From NCBI RefSeq assembly GCF_001194135.2, contig NC_068991.1:43297062-43361061 (forward strand): a stretch of 64,000 nt of DNA, read 5' to 3'. The DNA comes from Octopus bimaculoides. Taxonomy: Eukaryota. How positions within the stretch are numbered: the first letter of the stretch is position 1; each line of letters opens with the position of its first letter. This document shows, one piece after another, positions 1 to 13,029 of this stretch. The notes under the pieces were generated by a model. The model saw nothing but the letters and a program-made list of their open reading frames with translations, was not told the DNA's origin and searched no databases. A program made the translations under genes and the position numbers.

Positions 1-73
1 TTTTTTTTTTTTTTTTTTTTATTACATTTATTGAACCTAAATGATTAGGTGATTATTAACTTCTAATTCTCAG

Positions 74-186
74 GTGAAGTGCCACTTTCCCACGGATATG
101 GAGGAACTGGTAAAGCTTCAACAGATTGCAAATTCAAAGATTATGGTGAAAAGTTTGGCAGTGGTGATGTTATAACTTCTTATTTG
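74..186 (+). CDS. HNRNPUL1: hnRNPUL1 exon (SPRY: [37 protein letters not shown])
   Basis: ttctcag acceptor, gtaagt donor; matches the family GYGGTGK motif. Confidence 0.92.
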
Positions 187-307
187 GTAAGTCTGAATTG
201 TCTAAATTTTATTTTAGACTTAGCTACTATTAAATGATCAATGGTTAAATATTTTAACATTGATATACTAAGGGATCTTCCATGCATCAATAAATATATA
301 CATATAG

Positions 308-352
<45 letters not shown>

Positions 353-2164
353 AGCTATATTTTATAGATATTTTCATGTTTTGAAAGATTTTTTGTTATG
401 CTATAAGCTTAGTAATTATTTATTTGATGGTTTTAGGACTGGGAAAGTGATCCCCCAACCATTTCCTTCAGTAAAAATGGAGAAGACCTTGGTGTTTGTT
501 TTGAAATTGACCGTGAGGAAATTGGAGAAGCTGCTCTCTTTCCCCACATTTTGACTAAGAACACTGAATTTGAATGCAATTTTGGACAAAAAGTAAGTTT
601 TGTTTGGTTTTGGTATTATATATATATACAGGAAAGTATATTAGGGTGCGAGACATTTTTACACTTTATCTTAAGTAAAATACAATATATTGATCCTTTT
701 TAAATCGTAAAAAATTGCAGTTAAGCATGATTTTTGTATGTCTGTTCTCTCTTTTCTTCTGTGAGTTGTGTGTTATTTGCAGCGTAATTTCTAAGCCACT
801 TGTTCATCTAGTTAAGCCTCTAGAGATTTGCCTTTGACACTTATCTGGGTTTTTTTTTTTCGTATTCTTTCCACATGACCATGCCAGCTTGGTCTTCTCT
901 TCAGCACGCTACATCGGTTCCCCTTGTGTAATTCAGTTTTACTAACAGCTCAGTTGTGTTCCATTCAGACACAGGTAGCATATTGTGCAACAGTTCTTAC
1001 CATTTAAGAACACTAATGAAATTAAAATGCAGTCCAAAATAGTTTGCTCATTTCTAGGGTTTGCTTTTCTTTGGAATATTTTTTAGATATTTGATATTAA
1101 CCTGTCTGAGACTACTACTGATTTCAAAGAGTCTAAACCAAGGCTGGCCAACTTGAGGCCTGGACCTGCAAACTTTTGTCTTGTGGTCTGCTTGATACTT
1201 TCTTGAAATATTGTTTAATTTTAAAATAAAATGTTTGTGTAAAACATTTTTGTTTCAAAATAGATTTAAAATTCATGTGGCAATAAAGCAAAAGCATACA
1301 ATTTTATAATTTTAAACAAACAAAAAGTATGAAAAATTCTTGATTCTGAAATTTGATTATTTGACTATTAGTGCATAAAGAATACAAATGGCCCTCAAAA
1401 AACTTTGATCAAAGTGGCCTGCAATGTAATTTGAGTAGGACAGACCTGGTCTAAACTAAAACCTGTGCAACATCTTGGGCAACTGATCTACTTGTCTCGA
1501 GATGTGTCACACTTTCTATTTATTCTTTATGTAAAGGTGTCTTCTTTCTCCAGATGTTTTGTCTCTTTACTTGGTATGATGAGTCACTACCATGTGTGAA
1601 ATGGTATTCACCTTGGATGTATTCAAACCAATTATTCTGTTCCCAGGTTAATACAGTGTTGTAGTTGCTTGATTTGAGGAGACTATCTTGTTTTCACTGA
1701 ATTCTCTTTCTGAAAATGAGTTTTCATTTTGAGTGTTGTTATCTGATTTATTTATTGCCATTTTATATCAAGTTTTCTTTGCTGTCGCATGTAGCTGTGG
1801 TGCATTTTATTGTGCCACAGATATTAGTAATCCTTTGCAAAGAGGCTAAGGAGGTCTCTACTCTGTATCAGTTCAGTTTACACATTGGCAATTCAAAGTA
1901 CACTACGTAATACTTGTAGAATTTTTGATTAGTAATCAGTAATTCAAAAACTCTTTCTAATTTCATTGTTGTGAGTGAAAGTGGTTCTTTCTAGCATATT
2001 ATAAGGATGTAACTACATTAATCATACTGAAAAATAAAAAAAAAATGCTAGTTGTAATTTAAGGGTGTTGAAACATGTTTATTGGCAAAAAGTCATCCTT
2101 GAGGCTTTCTATTTATATANNNNNNNNNNNNNNNNNNNNNNNNNNNNNNNNNNNNNNNNNNNNN

Positions 2165-2195
<31 letters not shown>

Positions 2196-5100
2196 CATAC
2201 ACACACATGCACGTTTTAATTTAAAAAATTTTTTTTCATTTGTAGGAAGAGCCATGGTTCCCATTAAAAGATGATTTCATATTTTTATCAACAGTACTTT
2301 TAGAAGAGCGTGTGAGAGGCTCGTTGCCACCTGCTAAAAAAGAGGAATGTGAAGTATGTGAAATTATTCACATTGATATAATTTTAAATTTTCCCTGTTT
2401 AAACATTAACTGCTGTAAAAGTGTAATAATTGTTAGAAACTTAAAAACATTGACTGTTAATTTGTTATACAGATATGATTTTTGTATTGTATTCCATTCA
2501 ATTTATCCAGTTAGATTAATTGGTGTCTGACTTTTTTTGTTTTCTTTTCATTCATTTTACTTTTAATAAAGATGTTTACTGACAATTGTTTTAAATTGAT
2601 ATTATCTTTTGTTAGATTATGATGATGGTTGGCTTGCCTGGTGCTGGTAAAACTTTCTGGGCTGATAAACATTCAAAAGCTAACCCAGAGAAGAAATTCA
2701 ATGTTTTGGGTACCAATAACATCATTGAAAAAATGAAGGTGGGTTTCCCTTGAAATATATATTGTTTAGCATATCCTAATATTATTGCAAAAATGTTGCA
2801 TTAAATTTGGCTTTGTAAATTTTATTGAAATAATCATTACACTACATACTTTTGTATGTATTCTATTTCGGTAACATAAAATTTGGAATCTTAGAAATAA
2901 GTTTGAAGGCATTTTGAGTTACTGTTTAGTTAAGAACATCTTGCAGGAAATCAGCAAGATGTTTGAGGAAAGCTGATAATTTTGCAGCACTGTTCTGTTT
3001 CTGTAGATTTTGTTGAGATATGTTTGAAGATGTTAAGAATTACACCTTTTCAATTAACCACCTCTGGATGTAGATGCTTGGGACAATTGGTGCATTTTGT
3101 TGATTTCCCCACAGTATTCTCTTGCAATGGTTTCACTAAGATTTTTAGAAATAGTGGATGACCCTATAAGCCAACCTTCAGTTGCTGTTCATATATTCTT
3201 CATATGACTTTATTTAGATCGTTTTGGTTCTCTGCCTTGGCGAATTCATTGTTGCCATGTGATTGAGGAACAGATTATGGGATTCTCTTTTTTTAGCAAA
3301 AGAGAAACACTTAGATTTTCCAATGTGGTGCAGGTATTTACTTCTGCAACTTCTGGCTGGATTCACTTTAACTGTCCTACCAATTGGTCATTCTTTATCA
3401 TTTGCAGGTCCTTTGATTTACATTTTTTAAGGCTCTTGTCTCTCTAACAAAATCCTTTGAATCAGTGTTGAGCTGTACATGTTTTCACTGTCCTGTCATC
3501 CATTTCAAACTCTACAATAATGCTGCTCAATTTTGCCTTTTCCCTCATCTTTAATTTGAGTCAAAAATAAGACAGCAGTGGAAACAAATTATTACCATTA
3601 ATCATTAAGAGAAATACGTATTTCAAAATGGTAAATTTGTACCATTGACTAAGTTGGGAGAAAATGTTAACTGGCTTTCCATCATAATAAAAAGTTTTTT
3701 CCAGCAATGTTACTGTAGATGAATTACATGTTGAATTTCAATGTGGGAAAAAAGAAAAATCGTATTCCATTTACATTCTATGGATTACTTGACAATTTTC
3801 TTCAGTTCCCCATTTTGTATCACTTGTTTTTTCAACCTTCAGACTGACTTATTTCTTTGTAACACTGTAGCCCAAACATACCTTCTGCTTTTTTTCTACA
3901 AGTTAGAGATTGTGAAACCATTTTCACTTGGTTATGGAAAAGCATCTTTTCCTAGAATCCTAAAATAGGTTTTATAGGATTTGTAGGTGCAGCTTTTTTG
4001 GGTGGGGGTTGTCTTGAAGTTATTTTTCTATATTTGCTACTTGCCCTCTGCTTTTCTTGTAAATTCTTTATACTTTAATAATTTTACTAATTTTTCTTCC
4101 TGCACAATTTTTGCAGTTCTCAATTAGATACTGTTAGTGAGAAATCTGTTTTATGTATTGAGGTGATCAAACCATTCACTGATTGCAGTTAGTAATAACA
4201 GCTAGAAGCTATGCATAGGTTTTTGGTCTTTTGTCAAACATATTTGTTTTGAACTATCTGGCCATATTTTTAGCTTACTAGAGTATAAAGAAAGATGTAA
4301 TGTTATTAGGTTTATGTATATTTCTCTCTCAAATAGTTTAATTTTTGAATTATCTGTATCAAAAATAATTCTAAGATGCATTTGTAGTTTTATCTGAACT
4401 AAAAATGAAGCAAATTTGTATTTATAGATACTACATACTTATTCCCTTAAACTTACATTAATGATATGTTATAAAGACAAAACATCTTTCATGAGAGAAC
4501 TTATTGCTCTGGATTTGCTGCTAGAAATTCTTGTACTAGCTTTGGGTATAAAAACAGAAATATGAATTTTGACATTTATTTTAATGAAACGCGAAAACCT
4601 TTCCAGATTGTTTCACTTAAATTCTAAATTAACCATGAAATAATTTTGTAAACAACTAAATTTTATGTAATTAATAAAGTGACATTTTGAATATGACTAC
4701 ACAAAGGAAATTTTGTCTCAAAACTGCTCTGATTACAGGTATATTTGTGAAATGTTCTAAATCTAACATTATTCAATATTATTAGCTTTCTAAATGCTCA
4801 TATTTATGGCAATAACCTAATTTTGCCAATTGTGTTCTACTTTGTTCACATTTTATATAGTCTCTGTGCTATATGGAACAACTGAATTGGAATAAACCAA
4901 TTGGTCAATTGGTTTCAAGCTATAAGGATGTCTTTTGAAAAGAAATCTTACACGTTCTGAAAATCATTACTTAAACTACCAGTCTGCCATTTTATGTAAT
5001 TGGAACATTTGGTTCAAAATACACTAAGTATTGCTTGGTGCATTTAATTTTAATTCATTGTATTTGAAAATTGAATGCTTATTAAATTTGACGCTTATAC

Positions 5101-8100
5101 ACTCTGCCAATGGAAAGATACTTCTCCATAGACTCTTAGTTGCCCAAATCTGTATTATAAATACAGGAAAGTATATTAAGATGTGAAGAATGTGTTCACT
5201 TATTTAAAAAAAAAAAAAAGGTCAATTGGTTTTTGCTTTTCAGTTTTATTTACTTTTAAAAAATATTTTCCTCCAAGGTAATGGGTCTACCTCGTAAAAA
5301 GAACTACTCTGGTCGTTGGGATGTCCTCATCGACAAATCTACAAAGTGCCTGAATCGCATGATAGAGACAGCTGCTCGCAAGAAAAGAAATTACATCTTG
5401 GATCAGGTATTGTAAAATTGCTATCTATCTCTTTCCAGTGTAGATTTTTTTACTCAGTAGGATACTGACATTTTAAGTGTGGAAAATTCTGCTATTTAGG
5501 ATGTGGCAACTAAATGTATAAGCATTACTTGATATTTTTCATGCACATCTCATTACCTCAGTTGGAAGTTTAGCTTCACAAGAATGGTAGCAAGCCATTG
5601 ATGCATTGTACATTATTAATCTAAGCAAACAAAAGGAAAAAGGGTTAACATTCAAATTAACTGATATCATTGGTGCATATACAATGTAGCAAATGTTTTT
5701 GAAGAAAGCAGTGATTTTTAACATTTCCTTAACAAATAACAGGAAGAAAGGAAAACACTTGACATTTCAGGATCATTAATTTAAAAAATTCTTGAAGCTT
5801 TTTACATTTTAGCTTAAAGGCGCACTCTAAATTCAGTTGAAAACTCAATCTTGTGTAATAAGATGTGCATTGGCTTCTTTCTCCTTTTGTAATTGGAAAA
5901 ACTTTTGACGATTGGCATATTTCTACCGCAATAAAGAATTGTCCACTTCATTTCTGTAATGGGAAATTTTAGATTATGAAAGAATATATAGCAAATATTA
6001 ATGCAATGTTATTTTAACTATTAGTATATTGATGCTGGATATTTGTGGGTTGTTGCAACCTTTTAAGTCTTGAAATCAAGCAATTTTTGTTAAATAATTG
6101 GCTGCTTCAATGGTTTTTCACTTTTCAGTTGAAAATTAGCTGTTATTTATATAAAAATGTTTCTTTTTTTTTAAACATGCCTCTACGTTTTGCACTGAAT
6201 TTTCATGAAGCACAGAAACCTTTATAATCAACCAGTTGCATGTATGAAATCATCAGCCGTATTTCTGGAAATTCTGTCCCCATCCCTTCCCTAATACATA
6301 TTGCATGTTGGTAACAGTAAAATGAGTTTTCTTGTAGCTAATGGCCATCACTTCCGGTGAACATGATGGATTAAACATTGCGGTTTCATGAATAGAGATA
6401 ACTGCTTTAATACATTGATGTATTTGAATGCATCTAAAACTGATTTCTTTATTTTAACTAATGTGTGAACCACATTTTTCTCTCTAATATACCCATGATG
6501 CCTCAATCCAATATAACAACATTTGGCTTGCAGAATGAGGTCCTTTCTCCTGAGTTACATTCTACGATTTAACATAGGAAGTTTCAGGGGGACATGTGAA
6601 TGAATTTTTTTTCTGCTTTCTGGCTGATATTTTTATGAAAGCATTTAAATGATTCTTGAACCCACATTTATTGGACCTGGAGGTGTGAAGAGCAATCTAA
6701 AAGTTTTAATTCTTTTTCTTTAAAAATATATGAAAACAACTGTATTGGTCTTTTTATTTTACTTTACCACAGTTTTTGTGGTTTTTAAGATATTTAGAAT
6801 TTGGAAAAAAAAATTTTTAATCATAAATTATTTTATTTTATGCTGAACTAAATTTTTTTGTAATTTTAATATTACTGAATTATTTTGATAAAAAAAAAAA
6901 TATTTTTTTTGTTCCTTTCCAATCTTTTTTTAAATTTCATGACTTGCTCCCACAGCTCATAAAATTTCTTTCACCTTCCTAAGAATGACACTTACAAAAT
7001 CCTTTTTTTTTTCTCTCTGTCTCTCACTCTCTTTTTAATAACCTTAAAATACTGAAAATTTTCTCATTCAATCACCTGGGCTTCCTGAACATCCTTGCTG
7101 CTGATGTTTTCAACTGTTTTGTACTGAAGTGCTGCTGCTATAGACATCCCCTGTCCCCAACAAACTCTTCCTTGTAATACTGCTCTTGACTCTTTCTCAA
7201 TAGGTGGACTTCTCTTTCTTTTAAAATAGTCTCTATGAAGCTGGCATTGGTAAGTTCTTGAGTAATTGATTGGGATATTCAGTACAGAAAGTTGATGGCT
7301 TCTGCTGCCTGCTGCGGTCTGATCATTGTTACCACATCGTGATGGAAAAAGGAACAATATTGATATCTTTTCATTTTAAGAATATATTGCAGATGCAAGA
7401 GGCTGATGTTTTTAATATATGCGACCATATATGCCATGAGACAACGCCAATCGTCTACGATTGACTGAGAGAAGTGCCATCTGAAGCTACATTGATTATA
7501 TTGTTCTTTATTACCATGCTAGACAAACGTGTATGCATCAGCCCGGAGACGTAAAATGACGCCTTTTGAAGGCTTTCAACGCAAGGCAGTTGTGGTAGTA
7601 CCTACTGATGAAGAGTTCAAAAGACGCATATCGCAAAGGGAGAAGGAAGAGGGCAAAGAGATACCTGAAAAGGCGGTGCTTGAGATGAAAGGTAGGGCCT
7701 GCTGCCTGTAACTGGCACAATATGGAATCATTACCTACTCATTTCCTGTGTTAATTTTGCCTCGAAAATATTACCTGACACTTGCTGTCACTCCAGTAGA
7801 AAAACTCTTCCGCAGCTGTTAAAAACATATTGCTACTATTAACAGAAAAATCTATCCTGTGCATCGCTTTAAAGCTATCACCGATTTGTTATCCTCCCAG
7901 GAGAGCATATATACATACATACATATATATATATGAAGTTTAGGGTACAGGCTTAGTATTAGGGCATTTTTTTTCTCCCTCCTCTTTTGAAATTTTTTTT
8001 TCCTCCATGATTTCCATTCCTCCTGAAGAATATTTATATACTTTCCCCCCACCCCCTATTTTAATCTTACATATTTGCTTGTTTTGTGTATATAATCTTA

Positions 8101-10059
8101 AACCAGTTCTACCCTTTTAGCCAACTTTAGCACTCCTGAAGAAGGCACATTGTTTGATGCTGTAACATATGCTGAATTGGACAAGGAAGATGCTAAACCT
8201 TTGGTTGAAAAATATAGGAAGGAAGGAGCAGCTGCTCTTCCTCCTCCTTCCAAAAGATTCAGGGGAGATCGATTTGGTAAGTTTTTAAAATTTAGGTTTC
8301 CTTAAGTAACTTTGTCAGGAACTTGATTTGACATTATTTTGAACATGGCTGTTCTGATTTAAAGGACTAAAAGTTTTTCTAATTTATCAAGCTATTACTT
8401 AATTCTAGTGTATTTAGTATTATTATTCCATAATTTGGATGTGGCTCCCTGTTTGTGTTAGAAATTTTGTAAATCTTGTGATTTTTTTTTACCAGTGCTA
8501 TTAGAAATAGGGGACAATCATTTGATATTGCTTTATACTGAGATATCTAGTTTTTGAATACTGTGAATATGCATTTTCTATGTATGCTGAGTTATGGCAT
8601 TGATAGCATGTAACTTAATTGCTTTATCAAAAAAAAATTTTTTTATTAAATAGGACGTGGTCGCTTTGATCGAAGGGATTATCGCCGAGGTGGAGGTTAT
8701 GGTGACAGAGACCGCTTCGGTAGGGGTGGATCTCGTGGTTTCCGTGACAGACCAATGGCTCGTTACAATGACAGACGAAGCAGTGCTTATGGTACTGGTG
8801 GTAGTGGTGGTGGTAGAGGTAAGTCAACCTAGGATTCATTTAATGAGGTTTTCTCTTGATGATTTACTGGCTGAAAAGCTTATTTCAAAAAATTACCTTG
8901 CAGTTCACTTACCTGCTTGAGGTTTTTTCTATTTTTTCAAAGGTGGCTATCCTTCTCGTGGACCACGTCCCCACAGTAGATATGAACGAAGGTCACCTGA
9001 AAGGAGATCAGCTGGATACAGACAGGGACAAGTATGTCTAGTTACCTTAATGTTTGACAAGTCTTTTTTATTACTTATAAAACCCCATGGTACGTTTTCT
9101 CCTTCTTACCCCATAAAGCTGTCATAATTTTAATATCCACTTTTCCATGTGCATGGGTCAGATGGCAGTTATAGCAGATTTTCTATGACCAGATACCCTT
9201 CCTCTCTCTATAGCACTTACATAAGCTGATATGTTCCAGAACTGGACATTCATGAAAGTTTGGTAATGACATACATGATGGGCTTTTTCAGTTTTCGTTT
9301 ATCAAATTTACTTTTAAATGTCTACAAAAAGACTGCTGTAGGTGATATAAGTAATTTTTATAAGTTTACGTATCCATTTTCTAATAGAAAATTTGAGACA
9401 GATGTTGCTTTTGTGGGGAGTGTATAATTTCTGGCCTAACCTTCATTAGGGTGCAATGATATTTTGAGATCTTTTGATGGTGATAGGGTTAGTACTGATG
9501 GCTTGCTTTTGATTATCAATTAGTGAATTATTTTTTTAAACTACAGCTATTAAATCTGAATCTCATTTATGTAATCTTAACTTCAGCGATACCAAGGATC
9601 TGGTGGACAACGCAGTGGTGGTGGTGGTGGTGGCGGCGGCGGCGGTGGTGGTGGTTATGGAGGTGGTTCTTGGGCCTCCAACAGACCATATGGTGGTGGT
9701 GGTGGTGGTGGTGGCAGTCAAGGTTCATGGAGCCATCAAGGCAACTATAGTGGACAATGGGGCTCTTCATCTCAATCTGGTGGTTATGGAAATGTAAGTT
9801 ATCAACTTTTAGTGTTCAGTTTCTTTTTAAACTAATATCAATGTCCAACATTGCTTTTAAATTGGCTGAATATGTTTTCTTTTCTCTTTTGCAGTGGGGT
9901 TATGGCAGCAGCTCTAATAATCAAGGTGGTGGCTATGGCAGCGGCAGTCATTCTCAGTGGGGACAGAACTACAACCAGAGTTATTATCAGGGTTATGGCA
10001 GTGGCAACAACCAGAGCCAGTACGGTGGTCAATGGTACGGCAGTAGCTATCGAAGATAG
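74..10059 (+). CDS. HNRNPUL1: hnRNP U-like protein (HNRNPU/HNRNPUL1 family), 3' part of gene, 11 coding exons; 5' end lies outside the window
   Basis: Exons joined by hand at GT-AG sites with consistent phases give SPRY C-terminal half, GLPGAGKT Walker [27 protein letters not shown], then an RGG and G/S/Y/Q low-complexity tail. These are motifs of the hnRNP U/UL1 family. Confidence 0.95.
437..592 (+). CDS. HNRNPUL1: hnRNPUL1 exon (SPRY: [19 protein letters not shown]...[19 protein letters not shown])
   Basis: ttttag/gtaagt, 52 codons, phase 0-0. Confidence 0.93.
1139..1448. mobile_element. hAT-Charlie-like MITE
   Basis: Imperfect TIRs CAAGGCTGGCCAAC / GTAGGACAGACCTG (10/14); perfect 8-bp TSD GTCTAAAC at 1131-1138 and 1449-1456. 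Confidence 0.75.
2246..2353 (+). CDS. HNRNPUL1: hnRNPUL1 exon ([11 protein letters not shown]...[15 protein letters not shown])
   Basis: ttgtag/gtatgt, 36 codons, phase 0-0. Confidence 0.9.
2616..2738 (+). CDS. HNRNPUL1: hnRNPUL1 exon (P-loop: [16 protein letters not shown]...[11 protein letters not shown])
   Basis: gttag/gtgggt, 41 codons, Walker A GxxxxGKT. Confidence 0.95.
2930..3600 (-). pseudogene. Highly degenerate mariner transposase relic
   Basis: Minus-strand fragments [20 protein letters not shown] and PEVVN*KGVIL resemble mariner motifs; boundaries approximate. Confidence 0.5.
5278..5406 (+). CDS. HNRNPUL1: hnRNPUL1 exon ([18 protein letters not shown]...[12 protein letters not shown])
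   Basis: ctccaag/gtattg, 43 codons, family motif. Confidence 0.95.
7230..7249 (+). other. Candidate poison (PTC-containing) cassette exon in an hnRNPUL1 intron
   Basis: tctctttcttttaaaatag acceptor, TCT CTA TGA in frame, perfect G|GTAAGT donor at 7250; alternative acceptor at 7203. Confidence 0.4.
7523..7691 (+). CDS. HNRNPUL1: hnRNPUL1 exon ([31 protein letters not shown]...AVLEMK)
   Basis: catgctag/gtaggg, phase 0-1. Confidence 0.95.
8121..8276 (+). CDS. HNRNPUL1: hnRNPUL1 exon (ANFSTPEEG...[13 protein letters not shown])
   Basis: cttttag/gtaagt, phase 1-1. Confidence 0.93.
8654..8818 (+). CDS. HNRNPUL1: hnRNPUL1 exon, RGG/RG-rich ([16 protein letters not shown]...GGSGGGR)
   Basis: aaatag/gtaagt, phase 1-1, open frame. 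Confidence 0.88.
8943..9031 (+). CDS. HNRNPUL1: hnRNPUL1 exon ([30 protein letters not shown])
   Basis: ttttcaaag/gtatgt, phase 1-0. Confidence 0.82.
9587..9793 (+). CDS. HNRNPUL1: hnRNPUL1 exon, poly-Gly low-complexity
   Basis: cttcag/gtaagt, 69 codons, GGN codon runs. Confidence 0.88.
9895..10059 (+). CDS. HNRNPUL1: hnRNPUL1 last coding exon ([15 protein letters not shown]...QWYGSSYRR*)
   Basis: tctcttttgcag acceptor, G/S/Y/Q/N prion-like composition, TAG at 10057-10059. Confidence 0.82.
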   Translation, partial: WGYGSSSNNQGGGYGSGSHSQWGQNYNQSYYQGYGSGNNQSQYGGQWYGSSYRR

Positions 10060-12600
10060 ATATTCTCCCATATTCTTTCACCACTCACCCGCTTTCCTAA
10101 AAGTAGGGGTTATCTTCTAGAAGCAGGTGGTAGTAGCAGCAGCAGCACCAACAGCAGCAGTGTTACCCAATGACATATAGGCTTGTCTGGAATTTTTTAT
10201 TTTCCCCACTCCCATCACTTCTGAAATAAGTAATTTTGGATCACCCTGTATGTTATTCAGTTTGGGGGTGGGTGCAAGATGACATAAATCATTTGATCAT
10301 TTAAGCTGTTGCTGATAATTTCCTAGTTGCTGTTACATTGGTGTGATTTTTTTTTTTAAGAAACCTTAAAAGTTACAGGAGGGTGGGGTATGGGGTTTTT
10401 TTTTTAACATTTAAAGAAATTCATTTGTACTTCATTTTCATTTCATACTTATCCTCAATATTCAAAACTTTGAATTCATTGCAACAGTAGTTTTGTTTAT
10501 AATTTTCCAGTTTAATTTGTACTATTGTTGCATCACCTTTATTACATGGTTAACACCCACTCCCTTAATTTCAATCAAGTAATTTTTATAGCTTTTTAAA
10601 TCTTATTTTGTACAATTTTAAAATTACTGTCCTTAAGCTTATTTTCTAACTTCTCTTGCTCTTCATTCTATCACTATCCATCCATGGCACTTAGCAGATG
10701 GGTTCTTGTTACAAAATGAGATCTGTTTGATCTGAACGATTTTAAAAACAATCCCCTCCCCTTCAAATTCTGCATGTTCCTTTAATAAGTGCCTTTTTTT
10801 CTAAGGGAGCAACGTGGCATAATACCCTCCCCCAACCTATTGCAGTTATTGTAGTGAAGTACTTTTCTCTAAATTGCACATGTTGGATTCTGGAGCTATT
10901 GATTCAATAAGAGTTGCCTGGTTGATTTGAAAATGAAATTTTGGTTGGCTGAAAGAACATATTAGGCAAGTGTTTGAAGTTATGATAGCAAAAACGGCAT
11001 GGATTAGCCCTCCATAACATTAGCTTTTGTCACATTTCAGGGGCCCCGGCTCTGGCTACAAAAGTAAAGCATACTCGATGTCCAGAGGGAGAAAGTATTA
11101 ACATAGATAAATGGCAACGAAGACTGCCTCCACCTACTCCTTCTGCCCAGCATCTGCCCCTGCAATATACAGCATTGGTGATGGGCAAGTGATAGCACTT
11201 ATGGAATCAGCATCATGCAAACAGCGGAGTTAATGAAAAAAAAAAAAAGATACAAAAAAACATAAACACTACTCTGGGTCCACGTAAGCGAAAAAGAAAA
11301 GAGAAACTTAAAACCCTGGAAACATCTGCCAGAACACTAAAACATCTTCCATTCACATGGAGCTGCTATTTTCCTTCATAAGTTTGTATCATAACTTCAA
11401 TTATTTCAGCAAAATCTGAGCATGACACTCACCTGGACTTGCTTCTCGCCCATTGCTCATCTTACCTGTATTACCAGAACTTACCCAATCCCCACTTTTT
11501 TAAAAAAGTTTCACTTTCCTTCATATGAAAAGTTTTAACATTTGTCTTGCTAGATACTGTTTGAATGTTTTAGTGCTTTTTGCTATGTACCTTGCCTGCA
11601 GATGTAGTAGTATTAGTTATTGTTTTTTTTTCTACTCTGGCCATGCTCGTTGCTCCACAATATTAAAAAAAACAAAAAACAAACTTGAAATGAGAAGAAA
11701 AAGCAACCAAACCATTATTTTAAAGTATGTACTATGTGTCCCTCATTACAAGGAACTTTGTATTATCCATAGGTGGTAGTTTCCTGTATGAAACCTTTGG
11801 GTGAAGTCAGGTCATTGTAACTACCATATTACTGTTTTATATTGTCTGAGAGGACGAGGAAGCATGCTGACTGTATGCAGGATGGTTGAATAAAAATGAA
11901 TGATGCCTTTATTGCTTTGTTTTCTTTTCCCCTTTGTGTAGTATTTGTGTTGTACCTGTTCAACTATGCACATTTCTTTGCCAATATCTGGCTATAATGT
12001 TGCATATATTAGTAATGGTTTTAGGGAAAATGGACTTTAAAAAAATCTTAATGAAGCAAGAAATATAAAAGGAAATAGATTTATATATATTGTTCAATCA
12101 ATTTCTTTTTAAAAAATTCATCTTGATGCTTATGTGGAGGTTTATTAGCCAAGGGGTGTTGAAATGTACAGCAGTTTGTCCACACAACCATCATTGTTGT
12201 ATAATTCTGGAAATAGTGATTTGGGGGATTTTCCCGTGGTTGTTTATCTTGAAAGAAATTCAAGAAACTTTTTTTTATTTTTAGTAAAAGTGTTATATTA
12301 AGATTTCTAAGAAAATGAGCTGTTTCATTCTCATCTTAAGCCATTAATTTTTTTTTTTTATCACAGCATTGTGATTCTTAGAAATATAGCAATTAAAAAT
12401 GCTGTTGGTCTAGCTTGCAAGTTATGAATTTCTTCAATGCAATAAATGAATTCTAGTTGGCACTTTTGGTCAGAAGTTTTTAAAAAAAATCCAACAGCTG
12501 TTTATCAAGTTGCTATGTATAAATTTTTCTTGTTGGGGAAAAAAATCCAAAGCTTGCACAAATTAGAAATAAAACTCAGTTACTGAATGCAATGGTTAAA
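10060..12600 (+). other. Probable hnRNPUL1 3' UTR with candidate poly(A) signals (AATAAA at 11889, 12441, 12568)
   Basis: Non-coding U-rich stretch after the stop with no transposons recognised; the end point cannot be determined from sequence. Confidence 0.4.
11041..11101 (+). CDS. HNRNPUL1: Candidate alternative terminal exon of hnRNPUL1 ((W)GPGSGYKSKAYSMSRGRKY*)
   Basis: cttttgtcacatttcag acceptor; phase 2 matches the internal donor TG|gtacgg at 10034/10035; composition continues the G/S/Y tail. Confidence 0.5.
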
Positions 12601-13029
12601 TACTGCTTCATTCCACTACTTCAATTGTATTTGCCTTGAGTATTTTCCAGTGATTTGTTTAAACTTTTCTACAATTGCAAAGAAAGGTCTTATGTTTAGA
12701 GCAGTTATGTTGGATTACACTTAGATATACTTGGTATGATTGAAATTTGTGCATACACACTATTGTTATTAGTCATTAAGAGTTCTCAAGACTGGGGGTA
12801 GGGAACAATAACATTGATTCTGTTTCACGAGTGAGATGTTAATGAGACTAACACTATTTATAAAAGAAAAAAGTTATTGTATCAAGTTCTGTAAAATGGA
12901 GCTTGCAGAATTAGAATTAAGAAGTAGAACCCCCTTTTCTTAAGTGGGTGTAGGCAAAAAAATATTTGGTTCGATTATGTTAATACCTATGCTATTAGTA
13001 TCTGATGTTACTTTCCTTTTTCTATTCAG

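Noticed and set aside
627-5200. TACAGGAAAGTATATTA occurs at about 627 and about 5162
   Set aside because: Short direct match, probably ends of a small Tc1-type MITE family; I could not define partner TIRs.
6355-6450. Possible intronic C/D snoRNA (ATGATGG...CTGA), and ATGATGA near 1576
   Set aside because: Imperfect C box, weak terminal stem and no recognisable guide sequence.
9523-9797. Poly-His, poly-Val and poly-Trp ORFs in the track
   Set aside because: They are off-frame or antisense readings of the GGT/GGC poly-Gly exon 9587-9793.
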